Assembly (NCBI RefSeq): GCF_018977255.1
Contig: NW_024704742.1
Coordinates: 87,546,001 to 87,610,000, forward strand
DNA: 64,000 nucleotides
Origin: Callorhinchus milii
Lineage: Eukaryota
Reading direction: 5' to 3'
Made by a program: the position numbers and the translations under genes. The notes under the pieces were generated by a model, which saw only the letters and a program-made list of their open reading frames with translations, had not been told where the DNA came from and made no database searches. Of this stretch, positions 50,226-62,350 are shown one piece after another; the stretch's first letter is position 1, and every line of letters begins with the position of its first letter.

Positions 50226-50950
50226 GTGCGAGTGAGTGAGTGAGTGTGTGCGAGTGCAGTACAGGGTGGGGCTGGAGCCAGTGGGCGGGGGTGGGGGTGT
50301 GGGGGTGTGTGTGTGGGTGTGTGTGTGGGAGGGGGTGGAGAGGAGGCACGTGCTCGGGATCTGGGGTTGCAGCACGTGTGTGTGTGTGTGTGTGGGGGAG
50401 TGGGAGGAGGAGGAGGACTTTACTGCTCGGCACCAGAGAGCGGCAGCTGCGGGTCGAGGGGCGCAAACTTTATTCGCCTCCTCTCTCCCTCTCTCTCTCT
50501 CTCTGTGCCTTAAACGTGTGGTGGTGGTGGGGAGAAGGGGGGAAGATGCCGAACGGCGCTGCCAGCAAGTCCTCCGCCCCCGCCGGGCAGGGCGACGCCG
50601 AGCCGGGGGTCCGGAGCTTCCCCAAGGGGCTGAGTGCGGGCGGAGGGGTGGGGGGGGCGGTGATGGTGGGCGCCGCCGGGACCGCCGAGGCGGCCGCCCT
50701 GACGCCCAAGAAGTCGCCCCGACTGCCCAAGTGCGCCCGGTGCAGGAACCACGGCTACGTGTCCGCTCTGAAGGGCCACAAGAGGTTCTGCATGTGGCGG
50801 GAGTGCCAGTGCAAGAAATGCAACCTGATCGCCGAGAGGCAGAGGGTCATGGCAGCTCAGGTAACACCCCCCCACCCACACACCCCACACACCACCCCCA
50901 CACACCCCACACCCGGGGAGCGCCTCAGAGCGCCCGGCAACTGCTTTGCT
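50050..50950. promoter_or_regulatory. CpG/GC-rich island over the DMRT1 promoter and exon 1
   Basis: Visibly high GC and CpG content against an AT-rich, CpG-poor background; GC box gggcgg near 50283; (GAGT)n and (GT)n tracts. TSS not determined. Confidence 0.65.
50546..50860 (+). CDS. DMRT1: DMRT1 coding exon 1 (DM zinc-binding domain)
   Basis: ATG in aagATGc; MPNGAASK...[51 protein letters not shown]; donor cag|gtaac at the conserved AAQ|V intron; lies downstream of KANK1. Confidence 0.96.
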
Positions 50951-51146
50951 GCAATTCCACTGTATTATCTTTTGAGAGGAAGCGCTGATATTGCCAAACA
51001 CCAGGAGGAGGAGGAGGAGGATGGTGATGGTTGTTGTTGTTGTTGTTGTTATTATTTTGGGTTGTTACTCAGCCGACCCGCTGCAGTTTGCGGTGGTTGC
51101 ACCCCCTGGTCAGGTTGTGTACACGTGTGGAGACGAGAGGATTTCA

Positions 51147-51337
51147 CCATCACATCCCATCCCATCTCATCCCATCCCAAACCATCCCATCCCAAACCAT
51201 CCCATCTCATCACATCCCATCCCATCTCATCACATCACATCCCATCCCATCTCATCTCATCCCATCCCAAACCATCTCATCCCATCCCAAACCATCTCAT
51301 CCCATCTCATCCCATCTCATCCCATCCCATCTCATCC
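51147..51337 (+). repeat. (CCCAT/CTCAT)n pentamer microsatellite in DMRT1 intron 1
   Basis: Directly visible. Confidence 0.92.
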
Positions 51338-52692
51338 GTGGCTTCTGCAACAGACACCATCCTTCCCTGTGTTGCCAGAAAGTTTTTGTCGCTTTCCATT
51401 CTGAAGTGGAAAGAAAAGCAACGTGATTGCAGTCAGGGGTTGTGTTTGCAGTTGGGGTGGTGTGTGTGTGTGTGTGTGGTGGGTGGTGGGTGGGGAGGGG
51501 GGTGTTGTCGTGGCTGCAAACTTACTGGAACAGAACAGATTGATTCACCTTCAGAGAGAGAGAGAGAGAGGGAGAGAGAACTTTTTGCATGACAAAAAAA
51601 CAAATGTTTTTGAGGTTTTCCTGTAACGTGGCCCCTACACAAGTGCATGTGTACGGTTCAGTCGAGAGCGATGCTGTTGCCCCTGAGCTCAGCACCAAGT
51701 TCCAGAGTTGGAGCTCTTGTGTATATTTTGTATGTCGATTGCAACAACAAAAAAAGGTTCTGATGGCGCAGGTGTTTTTTTTTTGGATAATAAACTGAAA
51801 CCTCTGATAACTACAGTGGAATTGAGTGAAATCAAAAAAACGGTGTGCGTTATAAAGGCTGAATCTGTGGGTCTGGGAGTTTGAAACAGATGCACTAAAA
51901 TCACACCCTCAGTTCACAAAATCCATTAGGGGGTAAAATTGGTATTTTTGTCCAAATTCGCACAAATAATAGGATGTTTTCACCAATTAGGATTGAATGC
52001 AAAGATGCTGATTTAATTCGATCTGAGTCAAAGCTAACGCTACATTTAGAAAGTTGATTTTCCCAAATGTCGTCCTGAAAAAAAAGTCACTGATGGCAGT
52101 TTGAGAGGCTTGAATAGGCTTTAGGTTTAAGATTATTTTTTTATCGTAAACTTAAAATATTGTGCATTTCAATTTGTGTTTTGAATTGCCTTTAAAAGTT
52201 AGCAATGCCCTGAAACGCCCTCCGTTTGTCGAAACAGATCAAGTTCAATGTAATGTTGAATTGTTTGCAATTGTATTAGATTCATTTACCGAGATGTCCA
52301 ATTCAAAGCGTGTTGCACAAGTTTCTGGGTCTGTGGGGTAGCAATTCACGAATAAAATTGAGTGATTGGACTTGGAAACTCTACACATTCAGCAAATTTC
52401 CACATTGCTGCTTACTCTAACAACACAAAATATACAAGTGCAAAATATAAAATCATGTTATTATATTTTTTAAAAAAGCATGCACCAAAGTTAAGGTTTA
52501 CAGGCTGCAAAAAACGGAGTCCAGCTTTGCCATCGAAACTCCCTTTTGAGGTCAAAAATAAGTTCCCAAATGCATTCCAGGATTAAACATGGGAGTTGAT
52601 GGGAAAGCTGGCACTGTGTGCAGAGCTCCAGGTTTTGCAGTCTGTGATCAGAGCCATGGACTGACTGACTGAGTGGCTTGTGTTGGTTGCAG

Positions 52693-52876
52693 GTGGCTCT
52701 GAGGAGACAGCAGGCTCAGGAGGAAGAGCTGGGCATCAGCCGCCCCATCCCTCTGCCTGGAGCCGCAGAGCTGCTGATCAAGAGAGAGAGCCCCCCCCCA
52801 AACAGCTCGTGTGCCCTGGGGACCGGGGGGTCTGGCTTGTCCTCCAACCCCAACACAACCCCGGTCACCACCTCAG
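52693..52876 (+). CDS. DMRT1: DMRT1 coding exon 2
   Basis: ggttgcag|gtggct ... tcag|gtaac; [32 protein letters not shown] is DMRT1-specific; 184 bp, phase 0/1. Confidence 0.95.
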
Positions 52877-53365
52877 GTAACTCAGAGCAATATGCATTGG
52901 GGTAAAGGGCTGACAGACAGGCAGACAGGGAGGGTGGGAGGATGGGGGGAGATTTTACTCTGTTCTCTCCCCAACCCCCAGATTCAGCCTTTATAAAACA
53001 CACGGTTTTGCATTAACTCAGTTCCACTGCAGTTGTTATCACCGAGATTTCAAATGATTATCCCAAACCCTTCTTGTTGCAATTAACATGCAAAAAGTAT
53101 TTTGTCGCTGCCTCTAAACCAGCCCCCACTCCAGTCACCTGGACCCACTTTAGAGAGTTGGGAGGATGGAGACACACAGAACAGTGCCATTTTTTATTTT
53201 ACACGTGAATCAGACATTGCTGATTCCTTCCAAGTCCAGGGTTTGTTTCTCTGGAGGGAAATAAAGAACAGCCAGTCGCCAAAATTGTTGCAAATTTGTC
53301 CCAGCTCCGGGAAAAAAGATACATTTCACACCAACCAGCAGCCAGGTTTGCAAACCACCACGTTT

Positions 53366-53638
53366 TACACACACATACATACACACACACATACATACAC
53401 ACACACATACATACACATACATACACACATACATACATACATACATTCACACATACATACACACATACGTATATATACACACTAACATGCATATACATAT
53501 ACACACATACATATGTACATGCATATATACACATACATATATACTCATACATGTACATACATACATACACATAACATACATACATATACACATCACACAC
53601 ATGTACTCACACACACATATATACACATACACACACAC
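53366..53638 (+). repeat. Imperfect (CA/TA/CATA)n microsatellite
   Basis: Directly visible. Confidence 0.92.
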
Positions 53639-56600
53639 GCGCCCAACATCGTATCGAGTCCTGCAATTGTTTGCATTATTTAAACAGTTTGGATTTCATT
53701 CGGATCTTTAAATTTTAAAGCCCCCAAAATAAAATAACCCGCCTGTGTAACTCCCTAAAAAGGTAAGGGAGGTGAATGAGAGAACAGAAGGAAAGTAACA
53801 TGTTTCATTACTTTAAATCCCTTTTGAGTTCAGATCTTTAAAGAAAATATTTGCCAACCAAGGCAGGACTTCTTAATAAAGGACAACGGGTGGTGGGGTG
53901 ATTGCATTTCCGCCTTGGGACGTCCTCCCGACGTGAAAGGCGCTCTACAAATACAATCTTGTTGTTGTTGTTCCACAGAAGATGTCTTGGGATTTGGCAT
54001 TTTCCGCTTTTTAAGCACTTTGAGTTGGGAGAGAGTAGCATTGCACCGAACTTGTTGCAGTTGCAACGATCAGAGAAAGAGAGATAGAGAGACAGTGCTG
54101 GTTAGATCCTGGGAAACTACTTGTTAAAAAATCATACCAACAGGTTCAAGTGGGTACTGTACGTTTTATTTTTTGCAGGAGTAAAAATTACCTTCCTTTC
54201 TAAACCCCATCCTTCTCACAAGACAACTGTCTAATCAGTCATTTAAGGGAATATATTCTGAAATGTATATTACAACAGGTTTTTGTTATTTCACTGTCAT
54301 TTCTAATCAGTTAGTCCCAGGGACTTGGACTTGGACTTGCTGTAGTTTCGTTCAGTTTTGCTGAAGGTATTTAATTAGGCAAGACAGTTGCAGCTAAGAT
54401 ATGTCTCTGGTTGTAGTAAATAAAATAAAATTAACACCCCAAGGAATAGTCTCCCGACTAATTCACTCCTGTCTTGGTACAGCTTAAAAGTGAGAATGAT
54501 GAATTTTTGCAATATTCTATAAATTAAATGTTACTAAATGAGGTGCAATCCCAAGTAAATTTGACACTCTACCCCCAACCCCCCCCCCCCCCCCCCCCCC
54601 CCCCCCGACCGGCACATTTTTTAGGGCCATATGTGATCTGCAGGCAACTAAATACACAGTCAAAAATACACTTTACAGTGTATCCTGTGAAGCGCTTTGA
54701 AACATCTCTACAATATGATAAAGCCTATATCAAATGTAAGGGTTATTAATATTAGAGTGGAAAGTCAGCCTGCTCCACCTACGCTGGTTTGAGTTGGGTG
54801 TGAGACAGTGGGCTTTGGGATAACTCTGGGTTTTCCCCTTCTTGTGAGAAAGCACCTGCTGGGACTTGATCCCTTCCCATAACAGTGCGTCTGAGATGGA
54901 TCCTCGAGTGTGATACACACCGCACTGCTGCCATTTTAACTTTTGATGTCTTGTGTCATACTTGCTTTCAATTTCACTCACAAACTACACAGTCAATCCA
55001 CTTTACAGTATATCCTGTGAAGCGTTTTGAGACATCTCGTTGAGGTGAAAGGTGCTCTTATCAAATACAAGGATTATTTTTCATAAAATTAGTTGCGATT
55101 CCTCCCATCAAAAACAAAGTTGATAACAGCACATCTGCTGGACCTTTAAGGATAAATAAAAAAATTGCAACATAAAATGTTATGGTTAGGAAATCTTTTT
55201 GATTTGACTCGCTTGTCATTAGGTGTTGTAGGTATTTTGTAGAAATAAAGAGTAACATTTAAATGTTTCATTTTAAAGTAAAAAAAATTATAAGTTAATG
55301 TTTGTTTTCTTTGACTGACCCAAACTTTTCAAGCTCAGTTTTTGTAACCGGTCTATCGTTCCACACAGCACAATTTTATTGCATTACGATATTTGTGTGC
55401 CAGGCAGTATCTTTAACTTATAATTATAATATTGAAAATGACTTGAGAGGAACCTACTTTATTCTCACAAACCTAAACAAAAGTAGGGACTTCTTCTGTA
55501 TGATGCACAATTGTAGAAGATGTCTTGTTAAATGGAATGAAAATGTAACCAGTCATAAGATAAATTCACCGCAAAAAAGTTTACTTAAGAGATTTAAAAT
55601 GGATGCCAGTTACTATGTGTCGTATGATGAGTGTTGAAATAAATGTTACATAATGATCTATATATTTTATAAATATATAATGTACCAGCAGCAGAAATCA
55701 TACCGGTTTAGAAATTATTTCCTGTTTATCAACCACAGATGATTTCTTGATAATCACAACAACAACTTGCATTTATATAGTGCCCTTCACCCCGGACGGC
55801 ATCTTGGAGAGCTTGATAAACACACAGTGATGATGCTCTCGGTCTTCCAGTGCAAGCTTCATTGCACATCAGGAATTTGGAAATGTGTTAAGAGTTGATC
55901 TCTGCGCTTCTGGTCCAAAAAATGACCCCAAAATTTGAATGCCTCACACACATTAAAACTTCCATAAAAATAGAAAGGACGAGTTTTAAGATGCTAATTT
56001 ATGGTTAAAAACTGTAAGAGCTTTGCTTTCCTTGATGACATATTCTAAAACCTTAGAATTCAATGTCTACTCTTTATTTTTCTTATTAAATAAATTGTCC
56101 TTTTTGTTACCAATCGTTGCCCCTCTTCCTGCTTCCTGGGGTGTGATTGTGTGTCTATTGGTGATATCTTGGCCAAATGGTCATTTATTATGAGTGAGCT
56201 CTGACAGACTATTCGACCCCAGCATAGCAGATCAGCAGGAGCGAGAAAGCTGCTTATTCCCCCCTTCCTCTGTCTGGGTGCTAAGACCAGTTCATAGCAT
56301 CTCAATTGCTATCTCATCTGAGATCAGCAACTCAGAGTAGACCAGGACTTGGAACGACATACTTCTGGTCTGTATAGCCCAGTACTGCATTAGGGTGGTG
56401 CCTTTAGCCACTGGCCATTGGGACAGCTGATGTAATTTTTTTAATACTAGGAATTTTATTTACAGTAAATATGTGAAGAGTTTGTGAGAAATGCTCAGTT
56501 TTTGTATGGAGCTTAATCTTGTGTTGGTTAAGAACAGCCTTTGAAAATTTTGTTGCTATTTTTCATATATTATTGCCATTAATATCTGACTGATGTGACT

Positions 56601-56844
56601 CGATTTTACAAATGTGTTATCTTGGCATACTTTGCTCAGTAGAATCGAGTCTGGAAGGTAGTGGAGTAAACTGAGGTTGGAGTCACTCTGAGCTGAAAGT
56701 GGGCATTATTTACAAATAAGGAGTCTGTTTTGAGAAAGTTGCATTTTCAACAATATTAAAAAGTAAATCTGAATTTGATCTTAAAAGTTGCGAATTCAGT
56801 AGCAGCACCAAAGGAAGCCTGGGAGCTGGCTGTGTTGAGGATGC

Positions 56845-57216
56845 TGTGCTTTGTGTAGCTCAGTGGTTAGAGCATTTGCGTCACAAGCGAGAGACCTGGG
56901 TTTGATTCTCGGCAGGGCGAAATGTTGGTCGTTTCCTTACTCCATACATCTCAGTTTACCTAGCAGTAGGTAGGAACCCCGTTGTTAGTCGATGGACGAA
57001 TTGCTTTTCCGGGTGTAATAATTTCCTCAAAAAATAATAATAAATTGGTCACTTCAATCCACGACTGTTTATAGGACACAACTGTGCACAATTGGCTGCT
57101 GCATTTCGCCCACAATATGTACAGTCAATTAACGTTGCAGTATATTCTGTGAAGTGCGTTAAGACGTCTAGAAGACGTGATAATGCGCTATATCTAATGC
57201 AAGGATTATTATTATT
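56845..57216 (+). mobile_element. Same SINE, long subfamily, full length
   Basis: gtagctcagtggttagagc head through aaggattatt tail. Confidence 0.82.
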
Positions 57217-58224
57217 CCTTCGCCTGTGTTGTGTTACGAGACCCTGACTGGAAGAAAATTCTAGCGAGTGTTCTGAAAATAGAGCCCTGCAAAGTCCGTT
57301 GTTTAGATGAGACGTTAAACCAAGGTCTCGTCTGCCTGTTCATGTTCAGGTGATGTTAAAGATCCCTTGGCACTATTCGAAAAGAGAAGGGAGTTTCTCT
57401 CTCCCGATGTCCTGACTAGCATTTCCCCAGATAAAATTGGTCACTCACTCCATGGCTGTTTGTGGGGCATTGCCATTTGCAAATTGGCTGCCAATTTTCA
57501 CCCACAAAATAGACAGTCAAACCTCTTTAATAATAATGCACAATATCCTGTGAAGCCCTTTGGGACGTCTTGACGGTGTGATAAGACGCTATATCAAATG
57601 CAAGGATTATTACTTATTTTATTTGCATCACAATATTCTCTTGTATTTGATGTCCAGTGGAGCTGCAATTGTCTCCAGTTGATGTCTTGTTGTTGTTGAT
57701 GGTGGTGGCGGTGAGACCATTTTGTTTTGCAAGTCTCTCGCCCAGTCCAAATTTTACACAACCAAACTAGTCTGCTTTGCGGTTGGACAGAGTCTGTTAT
57801 GAGCATTGATAAGCCTCACTGCATGAGTCCTGAAAAATATGATCATAAGACTGAATCAAATTATGGAAGCAACTTGTGTCAGCAGAGCTTTTGATGGGGG
57901 GGGGGGGGGGTTTGTTTGATTTATTAATCCACCCCTTTTCCCTCCACCCCCACCCAGTGTAAGAGAGGACTGTAACCCACAGCAACAGGCACAAGGTCAT
58001 GATCAGCTCTTGCAGATTTCACCAGCACAGACCGCTCTCTGCCCAGCAACAGGATGTTCCTGCATTGGGGGGTGGGGTGGGGGGGAAAGACAAAGAACAG
58101 TAGAGATGGTGAGATAAGAGAGAAGAAAGTTAGAGGGGCAATGAGAAGAGAGGAGAAATGAAGGAGGAAGGGAACAGCTCCAACCAGAAAAAAATACAAA
58201 GAATATATTTGTGCAAAACTATGA

Positions 58225-59165
58225 AACAACAACAACAAGATTACATTTGTATAGCGCCTTTCAAGTCGGGAGGTCGTCCCAAGGCGCTGGACAGTGTACA
58301 GCATTTCAGACCTGAGTTGGGGTCAGGGAGGGGGAAGGGGGGGGGGGGGAAGGGAAGCGGGGGCAGCGATGGTATGGTCAAAGAGGAGGGTCTTGAGGTG
58401 GGACTTGAAGGAAGCTAAGGAGGGGGTGAAGCAGAGTGATTGGGGGATGGAATTCCAGAGATTGGAGGCAGAGTGGCTGAAGGCTCTCCCGCCAATGGTG
58501 GGGTGTGTGGGTCGGGGGACGTGGAGCGGCCGGAGCCGGCTAAGCGGAGGGAGCGGGCGGGTTGGTAGGGGTTAGGAGGTCACACAGGTAGGGTGGGGCG
58601 AGGCCATGGAGGGCTTTGTGAGGATCAGGATCTTGAACTGGATCCTCTGAAGGATAGGGAGCCAATGGACTTGGGTGGGAGTGGGGGAGATGGGGTCATG
58701 GAGTTTGATGCGGGAGAGGACACGAGCTGCAGAGTTCTGGATTATCTGCAGCCTGTGGAGGGAGGAGTTGGGAAGGCCGACAAGCAGAGCGTTTACATAG
58801 TTGATCCTGGAGGTGATGAAGGCATGAACAAGAGTTTCAGTGGCCTGAGGGGTGAGGTAGTGGTGGAGTCGGGAGATGTTACGGAGGTGAGGGAAGGCAG
58901 AGCGGGTCATGGCTTGAATGTGGGGGAGAAAAGACAGTTGAGGGTCGAACAAGACACCTAAGTTCCTGACTGGTTTGGTGAGTTGAAGTGTGCAACCGTG
59001 GAGGTTGATGCTGCCAGAGCCTGAGGTGCAGAGGCGCTGGCGCAAAAGGAAGGCCTCAGTCTTGTTCACATTCAACTGTAGGAAATTTGCCCTCATCCAG
59101 GACTTGATGTCCGTCTGACAGGCAGTCTGTCAGGACAGCAGTGGTCCTGGAGTTGAGGGTTGAAA
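58225..59165 (-). mobile_element. L2 3' ~0.9 kb fragment in DMRT1 intron 2
   Basis: Minus ORF NFLQLNVNKTE...LVHAFITSRINY...LQIIQNSAAR...HWLPI; (CAA)n at 58225. Confidence 0.87.
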
Positions 59166-59547
59166 ATACAACATCAAAATCCTGCTGCTACAAGAATCAA
59201 GGAAGAGCATCTAATGATATCAAACTGGACAAATGCAGTGGTAAAACACTGCATTAAATACTGAACAAGTTTATGACAGCAAAATATCAATAGCAGCCAG
59301 TTGATTGAATTATTGGAGTGAAACTTGTGTGTTCTACACCATGTGTTATGAAACAAAAAAATAACATGTGTGCGAAGGCTTAATTATTCTTTTCCTTTAA
59401 AATGTGCTGGTCTTTTATCTTTGAAGCCAATATATTTTACTTGAAAACCTATTTGCACTATTTAAAAGGAGCCGTTGCAAATTTTTGGTCAGTTTGTTCC
59501 CAACTGTGGCCCTGGTTCAATCAGCAGTGATGGTGCCTGCAAAGGTT

Positions 59548-59834
59548 TTTGACTGTATATTTGTGGGTGAAATGGGGCAGCCAATTGCACACAGCAGTTT
59601 CTCTTCCACGAACAGTCTTGGATTGATTGACCAAATTCTTATTGTTTTTCTTAGGGATTATTATCCCCGAAAAACCAATCCGCCAATCAACTAACAACCA
59701 GGTTCTACTTACTGCTAGGTAAACAGGCGTGTAGAGTAAGAAAACTTGCCCAACATTTTGCCCTGCTGGGAATCAAACCCAGTTTTCTCGCTTGCAAGAC
59801 GAATGCTCTAACCACTGAGCTGCAGAACTCCACA
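59548..59834 (-). mobile_element. Same SINE, long subfamily, lacking tail
   Basis: Head and core on the minus strand. Confidence 0.75.
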
Positions 59835-59879
59835 ATTGGAGCAATTGAAAAGTTGAGATAAGTTGTAATGTTCAAGAAG

Positions 59880-62350
59880 TCTCTGGATACTGGAATTGTA
59901 CAAGAAAATTAGAAGGGAGCAAATGTGGTCTCACTATTTAAGGGAGGAATGGACAATCCAAAATATGAGTTTCATATCAGTATGTGGGAAAATTACTGTA
60001 ATCCATCATTAAGGGAAAAATAGCTGACATATGCACATATCAAGAGGAGTCAGCATGATTTTGTAAAACAACAACAACTTGCATTTATATAGTGCTCCTC
60101 ATAGGGAGGTGACCATAGGCACAGTTGAAGAGGAAGGTCTTCAGGTGCGATCTGAAGATGGGGAAAGAACGGGCAAAGCGGAAAGATAAAGGAAGAGTGT
60201 TCCAGAGTTTTGGGCATAGTGACTGAAAGAGCAGGAAAGGAGGGCAGGGGGGAGGCTGGAGTCAGTCGAGTGGAGGCAGTGAGAAATGGGTTCATAAAAG
60301 GTAGATCATGTCACACAAATCTGATCAAATTTTTTTGATAGAACTACTGAATGACAGACGAAGGGGATTCAATGACTATAGTTTAAGGATTTTCATAAGG
60401 CATTGATCAGATAATCATAATGAATAATAATAATGAATAATAATGAATAATAATCCTTGAATAGTTCCTTATATCATTAAGACGTTGCAAAGCGCTTCAC
60501 GGGAGTTTTACTGTAAAGTGTAGTAACTGTATCTAGACTAATACAGCAGCCAATTTGAGCACAGCAATGTCCCACAAACAGCCATGAAGTGAATGACCAA
60601 TTTTATTTGGGGTATTGTTGGCCATAATAAACTTAATTGATGAGAAACTCTTCTTTTGAACAGTGTCAAATAAAAAAAATTGGTCACTGAGTCGACAACT
60701 GTTTGTGGGACATTGCTGTGCGCAATTTGCTGCCATGTTTTGTCAACAAAATACGGTCAATTGACTTTACAGTATATTCTGTGAAGAGCTTTGAGACGTC
60801 TCAATGATGTGATAAATCAGGGATTATTGCATGGATTATTATAATTATGGGACATTTAACTTTCACCCGACCAGGTAGATGGGACCTCGGTTTAATGTCT
60901 GACAATGCAGGATATTTCCAAGGCTGTTGATGCAATTTGAAATAGACAGATCAAGTGAGTGGGCAGAAGTATGGCAGAAGGAGTTAAACAAGTTTGGGGT
61001 AGTGTCATTTGTACATAGGAATGGTGGATGAGAATACATTGTAAATTGGGAACAACAACAACTTGGATTTATTTAGCGCCCTTCACGCCGGACGGAGTCT
61101 CATGAGTGCTTCACAGTAACGGATCCCGGGGCTGAGCCAGGGGAATGGGGAGGAAGGTGACCAAAGGCGCGGTCGAAAAGAAAGGTCTTCAGCAGGGACC
61201 TGAAAATAGGAAGAGAGGGGGCGAGGCGACGGGAGTGAGGAAGGGAATTCCAGAGTCTCAGGGCATAGTGGCTGAAGGCACGGCTGTTGAGGGTGGAGCG
61301 GAGGACTCGGGGGACGAGGAGGAGGCCAGACCCGGAAGAACGAAGGCAACGAGTACTGTTTTGAAGAGAGAGGAGGTCAGAGAGGTAGGGGGGTGCGGAG
61401 GAGTGGAGAGATTTGAAGACAAGGGTGAGGATCTTGAAGTCGATCCTCTCTGGGAATCCATGAAGGGAAAGAGAAGATAAGGGGATCTATTGGTTTAGGT
61501 ACAGAAGTCAGTAAATATATTTGGTTGGTGCAGAGAGCAATTCCTAAAGCTAATGGAATGCTTTGCTTTATAGTGAGAGGCCTGGAATGTAAGAGCAGGA
61601 CCAGTGCTTCTCCAGTTATACGGCATTATTCAGATCTCATTTGTGTATTTTATTCAGTTAGGGCATCCAGTCTGGTACAGAATGTATTAGCTAGTGAAGA
61701 TTCACTAGATTACAAAACATACAGTCACTACACCTTACAGTGTATCCTGTGAAGCACTTTGAGACCTCTCGATGACCTAATAAGGCACTATATCAAATGC
61801 AAGGATTATTATTATTATTGCTATCTGAAATAAGGTTTTTAACTCTGATTAGAAGGTTTATTTGGGTTATATTTCTGCACAACGGTTGGGTTGGACACTG
61901 AGCTAGGGGAGGGGGATTTGGACTCTGAAGCGGGAGGCGTGATGAAGAGATAAGTCTTAAGGTGGGATTTAAAGATAGTTAGAGGGAACAAAGCAAAGGA
62001 TGATCTGATAGGGGTGTTTAAAATAATTAAGGGAATTGACAAGCTGAACAGTGGATGTTTGTATCCTTTGGTAATAGGATCCAAAGCAAGGCGCATAATC
62101 TTAAATTAAAGCTAAAACAGTTAGAAGTCAGGTCAGAACACATTTCTTCACACAGAGTTGTGAAAATATGGAATGCACGACCACAGAGACAGAATCAGTG
62201 GGATATTGAAATGGGAGATGGATGGTACTTGGGAATTATATTAGAGTGTGGAAAAAAGGTAGTGAAATAGGATTAAAAGATCTAGCACAATTTAATAAAC
62301 TGGCAGAAGAGCCCTGATCAGCTGAATGGCCTCCCTGATTCCTTGTTCCT
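59880..62350 (+). mobile_element. Ancient CR1 RT/3' region broken up by nested L2 and SINE insertions
   Basis: Ordered remnants paralleling 26120-27850: ANV..LFK, cagcatgattttgt, aaaggtagatcatg, gagtgggcagaagtatggcag, KANGMLCFIVRGLE, RVVKIWN, gaatggcct tail. Confidence 0.7.

Noticed and set aside
50240..51592. 450-aa ORF around DMRT1 exon 1
   Set aside because: Read-through of microsatellite-rich promoter and intron; only 50546-50860 is coding.
53199..53711. His/Thr/Tyr- or Val/Cys-rich ORFs
   Set aside because: Translations of a CA/TA microsatellite.
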